Shown here: in pieces, positions 28,626 through 39,800 of the stretch
Layout: the number at the start of each line of letters is the position of its first letter
Numbering within the stretch: the first letter of the stretch is position 1
Source: a virus
Taxonomy: Duplodnaviria; Caudoviricetes
Length of the DNA stretch: 64,000 nucleotides
Strand: one strand, 5' to 3'
IMG/VR virus record: IMGVR_UViG_3300036942_000148
Coordinates: 1-64,000 of that record
The notes under the pieces: model-generated
The model's database searches: none
Told to the model about the DNA's origin: nothing
The model's input: only the letters and a program-made list of their open reading frames with translations
Translations under genes and position numbers: made by a program

Positions 28626-28644
28626 ATAATGAAAGGGTGATTTA

Positions 28645-29919
28645 ATGGCGTATGATAAGATAGTTGGATATAAATTTAAACCTATATTAAAAGCAATAGT
28701 AGATGGCGAAGATCAAGAGATCGATGTTTCTTCTAATATAAAAAAGATAGTAATTCAATCTGATTATAAAAATAGAATATTTCCTATAATGAAAATGCAA
28801 CTAATTTTAAATGCTTCTAGGATAAATTTTTTTAAAGACAACGAACACAAACTTAAATTTAAATTAGATTTGAATAGATATAAATCTCAAGAAGTAGAAG
28901 AGGAAGAGTCATACACTTTTTATGATAATTATATTAAAGATTTAATACTGAAACCTTTTAACTTAAACCTCTCTAAAGTTACTACTTCAGAAAACGATAC
29001 TAATCACGAGATAGTTCCCAGTAATCAATTAGAACTTACATTTTTTTCTGTGTTCCACCTCAATTACAATAAGAAAGTCCATAATAAAGTATTTAGGAAT
29101 TGTCAGATGAAGGATGTTCTACTCTATTTTCTAGATCAAAATACTGACGGTAAAAAATTATTGTTAAAGCAACCTGACAATGGTAAGAAATACGAGCAGG
29201 TGATAGTTCCTCCTGATAGTCTCACCAACATATTCTATTATCTTAATAGAAATTATGGAATATACAATAGTGGAATGAAGCTTTTCTTTGATTATAACAA
29301 GCATTACTTGATATCTAACGATTTTAAAAATGAGGTAGCGGTCACTCCTGATGAATATGACACTGTAATTTTCAACGTACTAAATCCTGATTCGGTTAGA
29401 TATAAGAATGTGAACTTTGGAATATTCGAAGATGAGGAAAGTAAAAAATATGAGATTATAATGAGAGATACTATAGAAAAAATAAATGCAACTGATGGTG
29501 AAAAAGAAATATTTGGTGAAGAACTTTCTTTTCATTCTATAGATAAAAATAGTCATTTTAATGATAGAGATGTTGAAAATAAAAGAATAACTAGAAATGA
29601 TAGAGATGATGATATTAATTTTGAACAAGCTAAAGAAAAAGTATTATGGAATCCTTATAGTCATGAATATATAGAACGAGAATATAAACACCGAACAGAA
29701 CAAAGACAAACTCAATTTAAAATTCCATTAGCTTATTTTAAATTAGATCTTATAACTCCTAATAAAAAATATATAATAAAATATAAAGAAGAAGATAATG
29801 CTAAAAAATTTAATGGAACCTATCACTTAAATCAATTAAATTATCAATTTGTAAGATTAAATAATTATGAATACTTTGATATATATGGGGTAGGTCTATT
29901 TGAAAGAGTATTAGATTAA
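28645..29919 (+). CDS. putative baseplate hub protein
   Basis: 424 aa, late promoter; LYFLDQN..PDN..YEQVIVPP..YGIYNSG; C-terminal GTYHLNQLNY as in gp27/gpD-like hubs. Confidence 0.5.
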   Translation: MAYDKIVGYKFKPILKAIVDGEDQEIDVSSNIKKIVIQSDYKNRIFPIMKMQLILNASRINFFKDNEHKLKFKLDLNRYKSQEVEEEESYTFYDNYIKDLILKPFNLNLSKVTTSENDTNHEIVPSNQLELTFFSVFHLNYNKKVHNKVFRNCQMKDVLLYFLDQNTDGKKLLLKQPDNGKKYEQVIVPPDSLTNIFYYLNRNYGIYNSGMKLFFDYNKHYLISNDFKNEVAVTPDEYDTVIFNVLNPDSVRYKNVNFGIFEDEESKKYEIIMRDTIEKINATDGEKEIFGEELSFHSIDKNSHFNDRDVENKRITRNDRDDDINFEQAKEKVLWNPYSHEYIEREYKHRTEQRQTQFKIPLAYFKLDLITPNKKYIIKYKEEDNAKKFNGTYHLNQLNYQFVRLNNYEYFDIYGVGLFERVLD

Positions 29920-29922
29920 AAT

Positions 29923-29962
29923 AAAAAGCCGATATGACGTATTGCAGTCATATCGGTAATTT
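29923..29962. terminator. bidirectional terminator
   Basis: CCGATATGAC/GTCATATCGG. Confidence 0.75.
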
Positions 29963-29979
29963 ATTATTAAAAATTTATA

Positions 29980-30948
29980 TTAAAACATAAATTGATCTAA
30001 AATTCCACCAGTAGTTGATTCTTCAAATGATTCATTAGCAACTGCATTTGCTTGAACAATTGCTTTAGCAATCTTATACATATCTTTTGCAGCTCTAGCT
30101 TGAACTGAGGATACTGCTGTGATTGCACGTAAACTAACGTTCAATAAGTTTCTTCTATTAGCTACTTCATCTTTCAGAGCTTTGATTTCAGCAGATTCTT
30201 TATCGTCACCTTTTTGTGCTTCCACTAAACCTTCTTTAGCTTTCTCAATAGCATTATTTCCAGCTTCAGTTACAGCGTCATGTAACTTTTTATATTTCTC
30301 TTCAAGTTCATCTGCTTCATCTAATACTTTATGCATTAGTTCTACGTCTTTCTTATCTAATTTTCCTTCTTTTTCTTGACTTACAGATTTCTCTAAAGCT
30401 TTCTTAAAGTCTCTAGCAGTTCCTTGCTTGCCAAGATCGAACTCTTCGGAGAACATTTCCCAGATAGCAGGTAACTTCATCTTATTACCATGCTCTTCTA
30501 AGTGTCCACCTTTAACTAGTTCTACTACTTTTTCTAAGTTAGACAGTCCACAAACTTCTTCTGTCCATTTATATACTTTGATATCAGGAAGATCTCCTCT
30601 ATAGGATTTCAATATTTCTTCATGATTTTCATAGTAGTTATAATACTTTTGGAAGGAAGAATTAAACTTCTCTATTAAGGACATAAACCAATTTGCAGCT
30701 TTCCTCACAAGTTCTACTAATCTGTCATATAAGTCTTGGAAGAATGATTTTAAGCTTTCGTTTAAAGCTTCTTCGTCACTCTCTTCAGTAATGAAATAGT
30801 GTTCAGCGATAATCATCTTCATAGTAGATTCATGAAGAGTTTCATTACTCTCTATGAATAATTCCAATAATTCATCTTCTGTTCCTTCATATGAAAGAGA
30901 TTCATCTAAAAATTTATTTTCTTTCTTTTCTTCTTCATTTAAAAACAT
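29980..30948 (-). CDS. putative internal head protein (MFLNE family)
   Basis: MFLNE start, acidic propeptide, IIAEH, ALNE, amphipathic helix. Confidence 0.6.
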   Translation of the reverse strand: MFLNEEEKKENKFLDESLSYEGTEDELLELFIESNETLHESTMKMIIAEHYFITEESDEEALNESLKSFFQDLYDRLVELVRKAANWFMSLIEKFNSSFQKYYNYYENHEEILKSYRGDLPDIKVYKWTEEVCGLSNLEKVVELVKGGHLEEHGNKMKLPAIWEMFSEEFDLGKQGTARDFKKALEKSVSQEKEGKLDKKDVELMHKVLDEADELEEKYKKLHDAVTEAGNNAIEKAKEGLVEAQKGDDKESAEIKALKDEVANRRNLLNVSLRAITAVSSVQARAAKDMYKIAKAIVQANAVANESFEESTTGGILDQFMF

Positions 30949-30978
30949 ATGATATTTTCCTCCTTATTCAATAATCTA

Positions 30979-31854
30979 TTATTTATCTGAATTCTTTTTG
31001 CTTTCTTTTACAACAGCTTTTAAAACTTTTAAAGATTCAGAAGCTGATTTACTTCTAGCAGTGATGAGCTGAGTATAAACAGTATAAGCTACCTTACTCT
31101 CTGTTTGTCTATTCTTAACTTGCTGTCTCAATAATGACAATTCACTATCTTGAACGTCATCTTTACTCTTAGCTTCTGACAGTCCTTCTTCAGCTTTCTC
31201 TACTGCTTTTTCTAAAGAATCTCTAACTACAGAAGACATTTCTCTGAAGTCTTTTAATTCTTCTTCAGCTTTCTGAACGTTAACTGAAGCTTCTTTAATT
31301 AGACCAGGGCTAGTCTTTCTTTTTTTCTGCTCTTCCTCACCAAAAACTCTATTATAAATCTCATCTCTAATACTTTCAACTTCTCCACCAAAGATTTCTT
31401 CTTTAAGTTCTCTCTGAGTGATTACTCCTTCTCTTTCTTGACCTACTACTTCTCCCAAACCTCTAAGGATATTTTTATACTCATCGATTCCAAGAGTAGA
31501 ATAAGTATTAACTTCAACACTAACATCAGTAGTAATATATTCTTTATTTTTTTCATACCATTTACTATACTGATTGAATCTGTCCATGGCTTTTCTGAAA
31601 TACTTCTCGATCCAATTTCTAACCTTTTGAGCAAACTTCTTAAGAGTATCCATAATTTTCTTAAAGAAATCGGAAGCTGCTTCATTCAGATTAATATCTT
31701 CAGTAACTACAGCTCTATGTTCAGCGATAACCATAGCGTTTTCGATACTGAACAGTGTCTGATCTGTTTCATAGATAATATCTAATGCACCAGCTAAAGT
31801 AGGATCTACATCAATTTTATTATATTCTTTACTTTCACTTTCATTTAAAAACAT
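30979..31854 (-). CDS. putative internal head protein (MFLNE family)
   Basis: MFLNE, VIAEH, NLNE, FFKKIMD. Confidence 0.6.
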   Translation of the reverse strand: MFLNESESKEYNKIDVDPTLAGALDIIYETDQTLFSIENAMVIAEHRAVVTEDINLNEAASDFFKKIMDTLKKFAQKVRNWIEKYFRKAMDRFNQYSKWYEKNKEYITTDVSVEVNTYSTLGIDEYKNILRGLGEVVGQEREGVITQRELKEEIFGGEVESIRDEIYNRVFGEEEQKKRKTSPGLIKEASVNVQKAEEELKDFREMSSVVRDSLEKAVEKAEEGLSEAKSKDDVQDSELSLLRQQVKNRQTESKVAYTVYTQLITARSKSASESLKVLKAVVKESKKNSDK

Positions 31855-31891
31855 ATAAGATTTTACCCCTTTCTATATTTAATTTCAATAT

Positions 31892-31943
31892 AAAAAACGA
31901 TGTCTATGAAACCTTAATTAAAAGGATATAGACATCGTTTTTT
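31892..31943 (-). terminator. terminator or attenuator hairpin
   Basis: AAAAAACGATGTCTAT/ATAGACATCGTTTTTT. Confidence 0.7.
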
Positions 31944-31974
31944 ATTTATATTATAACTTATTTGATTATATTAA

Positions 31975-32799
31975 TTACTCGTCATCTCCACTATCTTTCT
32001 TAACTTTCATAGCTTTAGTAGCAATAGAATCTAAAGCACTCATATTTTTTCTGTAAATACCTAATCTATTATTAACGATTTTAAGCTTTAATGAAGCTTC
32101 TTTAAGTTTATCATCAGCTTCTGACTTCTTTTCTTGAAGTTCTTTAACTGCTTTTTCATCTTTAGCGCTATTAGCTTTACTTTCTAATTGATCTACAGTC
32201 TTCTGAACTTCGTCTACTTCTTTCTGAAGTTTCTGCTGTCTATCAACTAGCATATCAAACTTCTTCTGTTCAGCATCAAAAGCTTTAATAACTTCGTCAG
32301 CGGACTTGAGTTCTTTTTCAGAAGTAACGTTTGCAGCTTTTACACTATCTTTTTCAAAAGCATCTTTAAGACCATTTTTGAATCTTTCAACAGTAACATC
32401 TTTAGTTTTAAGAGCAATAGCTAATTTACCTTTATCAACATTTTTCTTTAGCTTTTCTCCAACTTTAGAGAACATATCTTTCATCTTACCAATATATTCT
32501 TTAATTTTTTTCATTACTGTATTAAAGAGTTTCTTAACTCTTTCTTTCATCTTCTTAAGCTGTTCTTTAATTGTTTTGATAGCACTTTCTAATTTACCTT
32601 CAAGAATAGTTTCATCTTCTTTAAGGATACTGAAATGTTCAGCAATAATTAATTCTTGCTTTAATTCCTGAACTTCAATCATACCCTCAGTTAAAGCACC
32701 ATACAATTCAAAGATATCTTCATTAATACTCTCACTAAGAACATCCATACTCATATCACTATATTCATTAGTTTCTACATTATTTTCGTTTAAAAACAT
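31975..32799 (-). CDS. putative internal head protein (MFLNE family)
   Basis: MFLNE, IIAEH, ILEG, Lys-rich coiled coil. Confidence 0.6.
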   Translation of the reverse strand: MFLNENNVETNEYSDMSMDVLSESINEDIFELYGALTEGMIEVQELKQELIIAEHFSILKEDETILEGKLESAIKTIKEQLKKMKERVKKLFNTVMKKIKEYIGKMKDMFSKVGEKLKKNVDKGKLAIALKTKDVTVERFKNGLKDAFEKDSVKAANVTSEKELKSADEVIKAFDAEQKKFDMLVDRQQKLQKEVDEVQKTVDQLESKANSAKDEKAVKELQEKKSEADDKLKEASLKLKIVNNRLGIYRKNMSALDSIATKAMKVKKDSGDDE

Positions 32800-32836
32800 T
32801 TATTTTTCCTCCTTTAAAGGTTTAATAATCTATAAT

Positions 32837-32848
32837 TATTTTTTTGTT
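32837..32848 (-). promoter_or_regulatory. late-type promoter AACA-N6-TA
   Basis: AACA AAAAAA TA. Confidence 0.6.
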
Positions 32849-32929
32849 TTTTAAAACTGACATGTTTTTCTATAATTTTTCTTATTTAATTAAATATTTA
32901 ATTAAAAAAAATAAAACATATATTAAAAA

Positions 32930-33904
32930 TTAAAGAATTCCACTATTGAGATCAATATTAGTAGAATCTCCATCAGTATCATCTTCAATCTCTTTTTTAG
33001 CTTCAGCGTTCCCTTTTCTCTTTTGAACGTCAATCTTATCTGCAACGTCTCTTAACTTGCTGGCTAATTTTGCTTGCTTCTCTTTAGCATCGTCATCAGA
33101 GCTGATAGACTCTTTATTAAGTTCTACATAATTAGCAATACTGTTTAAATAATCAGATACTTTTGCTCTAGTGAAATATACAAAGTAAATGATTTGCCTA
33201 ATAGTCCATACAAAGAAAAATGTTAGGATAATAATACTAAGTCCAGCACCAACAGCTGCAAAGAAATTTTCATTATCAAGACTCTTATTGGTAAACTTCT
33301 CAAATTTACCATCTTCAATATACTTATTGAATTTTCTAACTGAGTTGAAAGTGTAATTGGTATCAGTTCCTTTTTCCAAATCATCTTCGAAACTCATTAT
33401 TAAGTTACCTGCTTTATCTTGCTTATATTTAATAGCATTAGTAACCAAATAAGTAATCGAAAATATTAGAGAAAATACTACTGATTCGTAATAGGTCTTC
33501 AATAAGAAATTATCTTGACGATAAGCTTCTTGAAATTCTTTTTTATATTTATCTAAGTTAATCAATGCTTGATTAAGATTAGGTATAATATCAGGTGCAT
33601 TATTTTCTATATTATAAAGTTTAGTTAGAAACCTAACTGAATCTTTGATATCCTCAAAGTTCTTTATTCTAGAAATATCACCTTTAGTCTTTTCAATTTC
33701 TTCCATCTTAATATTATTAGATTTCTCTTTAATAGAGTCCACTACGCTATTGATTAAATCTACAGAGAGATTCTTCTTATCATTTTCCTGTAAGGAATGA
33801 AAATTCCTTTGAAAACTAACTGGTTTCTTGGATAAGATAGTTTCACTAATAATATGATCTAAATTTTCTCTAGTTTCAGTGATTATTGTGTCTTTTATGA
33901 TCAA
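32930..33904 (-). CDS. putative virion protein with hydrophobic segment
   Basis: 324 aa in late operon; NE-NFFAAVGAGLSIIILTFFFVW. Confidence 0.55.
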   Translation of the reverse strand: MIIKDTIITETRENLDHIISETILSKKPVSFQRNFHSLQENDKKNLSVDLINSVVDSIKEKSNNIKMEEIEKTKGDISRIKNFEDIKDSVRFLTKLYNIENNAPDIIPNLNQALINLDKYKKEFQEAYRQDNFLLKTYYESVVFSLIFSITYLVTNAIKYKQDKAGNLIMSFEDDLEKGTDTNYTFNSVRKFNKYIEDGKFEKFTNKSLDNENFFAAVGAGLSIIILTFFFVWTIRQIIYFVYFTRAKVSDYLNSIANYVELNKESISSDDDAKEKQAKLASKLRDVADKIDVQKRKGNAEAKKEIEDDTDGDSTNIDLNSGIL

Positions 33905-33919
33905 TTGAATTACACCTCC

Positions 33920-35113
33920 TTAATTAGAAAGATCTAACATCATTTTCAGGTCACTTCTCTTAAGTCCAGAAGATGACTTACCCTTCTCTAAAGCAGAGAA
34001 AGACATTGTTTGCCAATCTTGAACTGAACTATCCCAAAAATATGCTAAATCATTAATTTCATCTAGAACTACGAAACCCAGTAAGTGATAAATATCCAAT
34101 AATTTTTTAACTTGACTAGAATCCATAACGTCAACACCATACTCATTCTTCATTCTCTTAACTTCTTCTTTAGTAATTACGAAAGTAGTATTTGGAACAA
34201 ACTTGTCTTTTCCAAATATCTCTCTAAACTTAGATTCAGAAGCTCTAGTCTTAAGTATGTGCCACCATCTAGATTTTCTTCTTCCTTTATTATCTTTTTC
34301 AAATTCAGCACGGATATTATCTAGGTTTAATAAGAAATCTTTGAAGAAACTAATTTCTCCACTAGTCCACTGAATCGCTTTGAATAAAACACTATTATCT
34401 TTAACTGAGTTAGCTAACTTTTCAGTCACTTCATTAGTAGGAAGAGCATGAGCAACAGCTTTAACTCCCAATACCAACTTGGTGTCCTTAATAGTGTTTT
34501 CTCCTTTATAGTGAATATTTAATTCTAACAGAGAAGGTTGCTTAGAATTAAGTTTTTTGACATCTCTAGTATCGATATTAGCTTGGATCTGCTTATCTCT
34601 ATCTTCTTCTTCCGAAATTTTATCTAAAATCTTCCAATCAATAGTTTTATCGTTCAATGAGTCAGATCTTAAATCTTCATCTATTGATTTAAGCATCTTT
34701 TCATTCAATCGTTCAGCATTTTTAGTAATATATTTCGCAAGATCTTCACTTGACTTTAGACTAGTCGGTAAATTTTCTCTACTATCAGACATATCTATAT
34801 TTTGATGGAATCTTTTAATGAACTCTGCTTTACTTTCTTTATCATTCACTAAATCGATAACGTCTTCTAAACCCATAGCAACTTTTACAAAAGAAGCATA
34901 ATCAAGTTCAAGACTTTCAATTACAACTCTCAATACTTCTTTATCTACTGCATCACTAACTAATACTGGAAATTGCATTATTCCTTTACTAGCTTTCTTT
35001 TCAATATTATCAGCAGACTTAAAAATATTGATAATCTTTTTTCCTGCAATTGATTTAGATCCTTTATAGATATCTTTAATAGAATCGACTAAAGCATTTA
35101 TATCTTGGATCAT
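33920..35113 (-). CDS. putative virion structural protein
   Basis: 397-aa ORF under a late promoter. Confidence 0.6.
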   Translation of the reverse strand: MIQDINALVDSIKDIYKGSKSIAGKKIINIFKSADNIEKKASKGIMQFPVLVSDAVDKEVLRVVIESLELDYASFVKVAMGLEDVIDLVNDKESKAEFIKRFHQNIDMSDSRENLPTSLKSSEDLAKYITKNAERLNEKMLKSIDEDLRSDSLNDKTIDWKILDKISEEEDRDKQIQANIDTRDVKKLNSKQPSLLELNIHYKGENTIKDTKLVLGVKAVAHALPTNEVTEKLANSVKDNSVLFKAIQWTSGEISFFKDFLLNLDNIRAEFEKDNKGRRKSRWWHILKTRASESKFREIFGKDKFVPNTTFVITKEEVKRMKNEYGVDVMDSSQVKKLLDIYHLLGFVVLDEINDLAYFWDSSVQDWQTMSFSALEKGKSSSGLKRSDLKMMLDLSN

Positions 35114-35165
35114 TTACGTTTTCCTCCTTTATTTCATAATTAAATTAGTAGTGTATTTAATCTTT

Positions 35166-35177
35166 TATATAATTGTT
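35166..35177 (-). promoter_or_regulatory. late-type promoter AACA-N6-TA
   Basis: AACA ATTATA TA. Confidence 0.7.
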
Positions 35178-35314
35178 AATAGAACTAGGTTCTTATTATA
35201 TTAATAAATTAAAAATATATTTTTTATAAAAAAAAATACTCTATTAATAAAATCCCACATTTTATTAATAGATAATATTTTTATACTATTATCCTCTATA
35301 ACTATCTCGTTCAG

Positions 35315-35479
35315 TCAAATTAAATAATCCAGTACTATACATACGCTTTCGAAAAAATTAGGGACGTCTACTTCTTGCACTCTTTTAGAAAAGTCAGAAG
35401 AATTACTATTTGATTTAGCATTGTTTAATTGTCCCTGACTTTCTTTATCCATCTCTTCTTCTTGTTTGGTAAGCTTCAT
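35315..35479 (-). CDS. 54-aa small protein (absent from ORF track)
   Basis: AAGGAG RBS; MKLTKQEEEMDKESQG...FFESVCIVLDYLI*. Confidence 0.55.
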   Translation of the reverse strand: MKLTKQEEEMDKESQGQLNNAKSNSNSSDFSKRVQEVDVPNFFESVCIVLDYLI

Positions 35480-35606
35480 TTATATTTAACAACTCCTTTT
35501 TAATCATGGTGGTTTAATGTTAGACTAAGAGATTTCAACCAGTAAGTGATAGGTGGGAAAGAGAATAATAACACCATACTGGAGTCTATTTAAGCTTACC
35601 ATAATT

Positions 35607-35616
35607 ATAATATATA
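35607..35616 (-). promoter_or_regulatory. putative early promoter TATATATTAT
   Basis: Motif match on minus strand. Confidence 0.6.
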
Positions 35617-35637
35617 TTTAAAATATCTTTTAATGTT

Positions 35638-35649
35638 AACAATAAAATA
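35638..35649 (+). promoter_or_regulatory. late-type promoter AACA-N6-TA
   Basis: AACA ATAAAA TA. Confidence 0.65.
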
Positions 35650-35680
35650 ATTTTAGTTTAGAAAGGAGTTGTATAGATGA

Positions 35681-36793
35681 ATGGATTTAAATAATATATT
35701 CTCTGGAGGAAGAGGAGCGACTACTGAAAGAATAACAGAAAGAGGTTCAGGAGAAACCAATATAAATGGAGAACCTATTCCATATAAAAGTAATACTAAT
35801 ATAGAACCATTAGAATTATATGAAGATAAAGATTATGTTAGCAAATATATAAATTATAGTAGAAAAGTAGGTAACTATAAAGAAGGTTCACTTACTGGAT
35901 ATTCCTATACTTTTTTCACTATACCTAATTTAAATGTGTTATCTGGAAATGGCTACGATCAATATATTGAAAATGGAGAAATTCCAGATTTAGTAAACCA
36001 ACAAAGGATAGAAGGTCAAGGCTTTGGATACGGAGGATCTAATTCAGCAGACAGGAATATGGTAGCTAGTAATTATTTTAGATATATTGCAGCTAACCAT
36101 CCCGAAATTATTAAATTATTAACACGGAGACCTACAAAATCGGGAAATAGTTCTAGTTATAACAACATGTTTATAATTCCGCTATTAACTAACACTGCTA
36201 CTAATTTCTCCAATTCAGATACCGTCCTTCAAACTCAATCAATCGGAGAGACTCGAAATGGTTACAAACAAACTCTATCAAAAGGCTTTGTTAACAGTGT
36301 AGCTGAAGGAGACTTTTCAATTAGTTATAGGGAAACAAGTGATTTACATGTATTAAAGTTACACAAAATGTGGGTAGATTATATACATGGAGTCCAAACT
36401 GGATTATTTATCCCTAGTTTCGATACGATAGAGAATAGAGAATTGGATTTTACTTGTTCTGTATATCACTTTAATTTAAAGCCAGATGGTAAAACCATCC
36501 AGTATTGGTCGAAATATACAGGTGTGTTCCCTACAGCAATTCCTTACAGTGGTTTAGATTTTCAAGAAGGAGAACACGAAATAGTTAATTTTGATGTACC
36601 TTATGTATTCAATTATAAAGAAGATATGAACCCAATAAATCTTTATGAATTTAATGCATCAGTCATAAGTCAAAATAAATTATTCGGTTTTAATGATTCT
36701 CTCTTATCGGAAAATTTCCCAGTAGGAGTTAATAATATAAATACAAAACCAGAACTAGTATTTTATGAACACGATGAAGATGATGAAAATTAA
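35681..36793 (+). CDS. tail tube-fold baseplate protein (T4 gp54/gp19-like)
   Basis: FSISYRET..HKMW..DF..YWSKYTGVFPTAIP; adjacent to wedge gene. Confidence 0.6.
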   Translation: MDLNNIFSGGRGATTERITERGSGETNINGEPIPYKSNTNIEPLELYEDKDYVSKYINYSRKVGNYKEGSLTGYSYTFFTIPNLNVLSGNGYDQYIENGEIPDLVNQQRIEGQGFGYGGSNSADRNMVASNYFRYIAANHPEIIKLLTRRPTKSGNSSSYNNMFIIPLLTNTATNFSNSDTVLQTQSIGETRNGYKQTLSKGFVNSVAEGDFSISYRETSDLHVLKLHKMWVDYIHGVQTGLFIPSFDTIENRELDFTCSVYHFNLKPDGKTIQYWSKYTGVFPTAIPYSGLDFQEGEHEIVNFDVPYVFNYKEDMNPINLYEFNASVISQNKLFGFNDSLLSENFPVGVNNINTKPELVFYEHDEDDEN

Positions 36794-36811
36794 TTAAGGT
36801 GGTGAATTTAA

Positions 36812-39800
36812 TTGACAGACCCAATAAATGTTTCAAGTGATATTTATGAAATTGAAGAAGAGATGGTCGAACTAGCAGGGAAGTATTTCAATATGGATCC
36901 CGATGATCCCGAATCATTGAATACATTAAAATCAGGACTATTTGGATACTTTACAGAAGCCATAAGCAATTATACTGCTCTCTCAGCGTATCATAAAGAT
37001 GCTCTTTATGAGGAATATTTTTTAAATACAGCACAAAAACCTGAAAGTATTTACAATTACGCTAAAAGGCAGGACGTTACTATAAATCTAAGTCAGCCTG
37101 CTCAAATGAGATTATCATTAGCAATTAAAAGAAGTGACATAATTGAGTATTCAATTTCATATGACGAATTTTTTAATTCCAGTAACAATATAAAAGATAT
37201 TTATAAAGATAGATATAATATTACTAGAGATTATTTAACCGAAGATTTTAATTATTTTATCATAAGTAATAATAATAATTGGAATATTGGTGACTATAAT
37301 TTCATGCTGGACAGAGATATTATATTAACTATTAATAATGAAAATAATACTATAAATGTACAGTATATAATTAATGATAATAAAGAGCATATAGAATCTA
37401 TAGAAACTCCTTATATTGATAGTATTATAGATAGTATCAATGGTGAAGAATTTTTAATCTTCTATCCAACAGTCTATCAGATGGAGAAAAATACGTTGAC
37501 CTACAACGTATTTTCCCAAGATCAAATCAACAATATCTTTTATGACATAGATTACGATGATCAATTAGCAATATTCAATGTGATATATAACTTAGGCGAC
37601 ACTTCAACAGTTTTACCTAAGTATTTTAATGAACAGACCAGCCCAGATGAAGATCAATACTGTTATTACACATTTTTAGACGACGATACTTATCAGATAT
37701 ACTTTTCAGCTCTCCCTAGAGAATTTAAGCCAGCATTCAACTCTGAGATAGCGATAGAAACTTACACAACTCTAGGTGAAGAAGGAAACTTTACTTTTGA
37801 TACCGACCAAGTAATCGACTTTAGATTTATTAGTTCAGATAAGCAAGATGTTAATGTTATATGTATGGCAATGACTGATTCATCGAATGGGCAAGATCAG
37901 TTAGATCTAGTTGCATTAAAAGAAATGTTGATGAGAGACTTTGTAACTAGAGAAAACCTAATTACCAATATTGACTTAAATAACTTCTTCAATGATCTTA
38001 TCAATCAAATAAGTGTGAACGATAGCACCTTGGAATTTATCAAAAAGAGAGATGATATTTTAAGAAGGATATTTTCTTCGTTTATTCTATTAAAAGATAA
38101 AGATTTAGAAGTTATTCCGTCCAATACTTTAAATATAAAGACAAATAAAGAAATATTGGAGGAAAATAATAATCTATTGAACACGGGGTTCAATGTTCTC
38201 TTTGAGAGAGATCCCGAGGAAGATTACGGTTTCTTTTTGAGGAATTCAGACGATATCGCAAATTACAGTGATAAGGATTACTTTAAATATTCTTTACCAT
38301 ATACAACTAAATCAGAAGTTATAAATGGATCACCATTCATCAATTACTATAGAGATTATGTGAATGAGGAGTATTTCTTAGGGTACGACTTTGTGAGTAC
38401 TACCTTTAACTATGAGTTTATAATCAATACTCTATTTTTAAATAGAAATAGCATTCAAAGTCCTATATTAACTAATGATTCTCCAAACGTATATGAACTA
38501 GCAATAGAAATCCAATCAACCAACATTCCAAGTGAATATATCGGAGACCCTAATAGATTAAGAACCATTGCGATATTAAAAGACGAAAAAGAAACTCCAG
38601 TTGGGTATTGCAACTTAAATTATATTCCAGATGATAGTCGAGGAGAAATGATCTATGGGACTAATTTAGAAACTAATAATAATTTTGATGGAAATAATGA
38701 TTTACCCATAATAAATGGATTTAGAGATTTAAATGGAAATTTAATGAATGAAGTTTATATAAATTCAGATATGAATATTGATATCGTTGTTTTATTAAAT
38801 GAAGGTACTAATACAACTAAGAATAGTATTTATCTTCAGCAGATGGATGATGCTAAAGCAGATTCATTCACTGATTTTGATAGTAATAATTATGGCGAGA
38901 TCATCAGACTGAATTCAAGGGAATTGGTTACTTTCTTTAAATCACTAGACAGCATTATTTCATCTGACATCTATTATGATGAAAAACAATATGAATTCAT
39001 CATAGATGATACTTCAGTTATAGATGTGAATGATGATTTAACTTTCAATATTAGTGACGATGTAGATACTGAGAATGTAGTTGTTTCATTAACTTCAGGA
39101 ATGACAATCAACGATGCTTTGAATCTGATCAATGACACTATTAATGATAATTCAAATATAGTAACCTCTAGTATAGATTTAGATAATAATAAAGTAATGC
39201 TTAGTTCAAATTATTTAGTGGATATCACTGTTATAAAAGGATCTACTTTAACTTCTCTTACTTTCACTAATAATAGGTTAAATAATATAACTATCAATTC
39301 TATGCCAATGATTGGTTACAGTTATTTGGATCAAGAAAGTAAATACGATAGCCTATATAATTTATTAAGCACCTTTGAATTTATATTGGAAGATAATTTA
39401 AACTCATTACAAAATAATACTGATCTTGATATGAAATTTTATAATACATTCGGTATGTCTCAGTACTATGAGATTGAAGAAGGCGGTCAGAGATTTAATA
39501 GTGATGTGAATATGTCTGTTTCATTAAATATTAAACTTAATCAAACTATAGATGAAAAAGAAATAATTGATTTCATAGCCACTTTCATGGAAAATACAAA
39601 CAATTCTGACTCCAGAGTAATTTCAATATCTAATTTGATCACTGAATTAGAAAACAACTTCGATGAAATAGATTATATAGAATTCAATACACTAAATGAG
39701 CATAATACACAAAAAATTATATATACTTATGAAGAATCTCAAAGTATTCAAGGAGCTAGTCACCAACAATTAATTAATTTTGTACCAGAGTACATTAATA

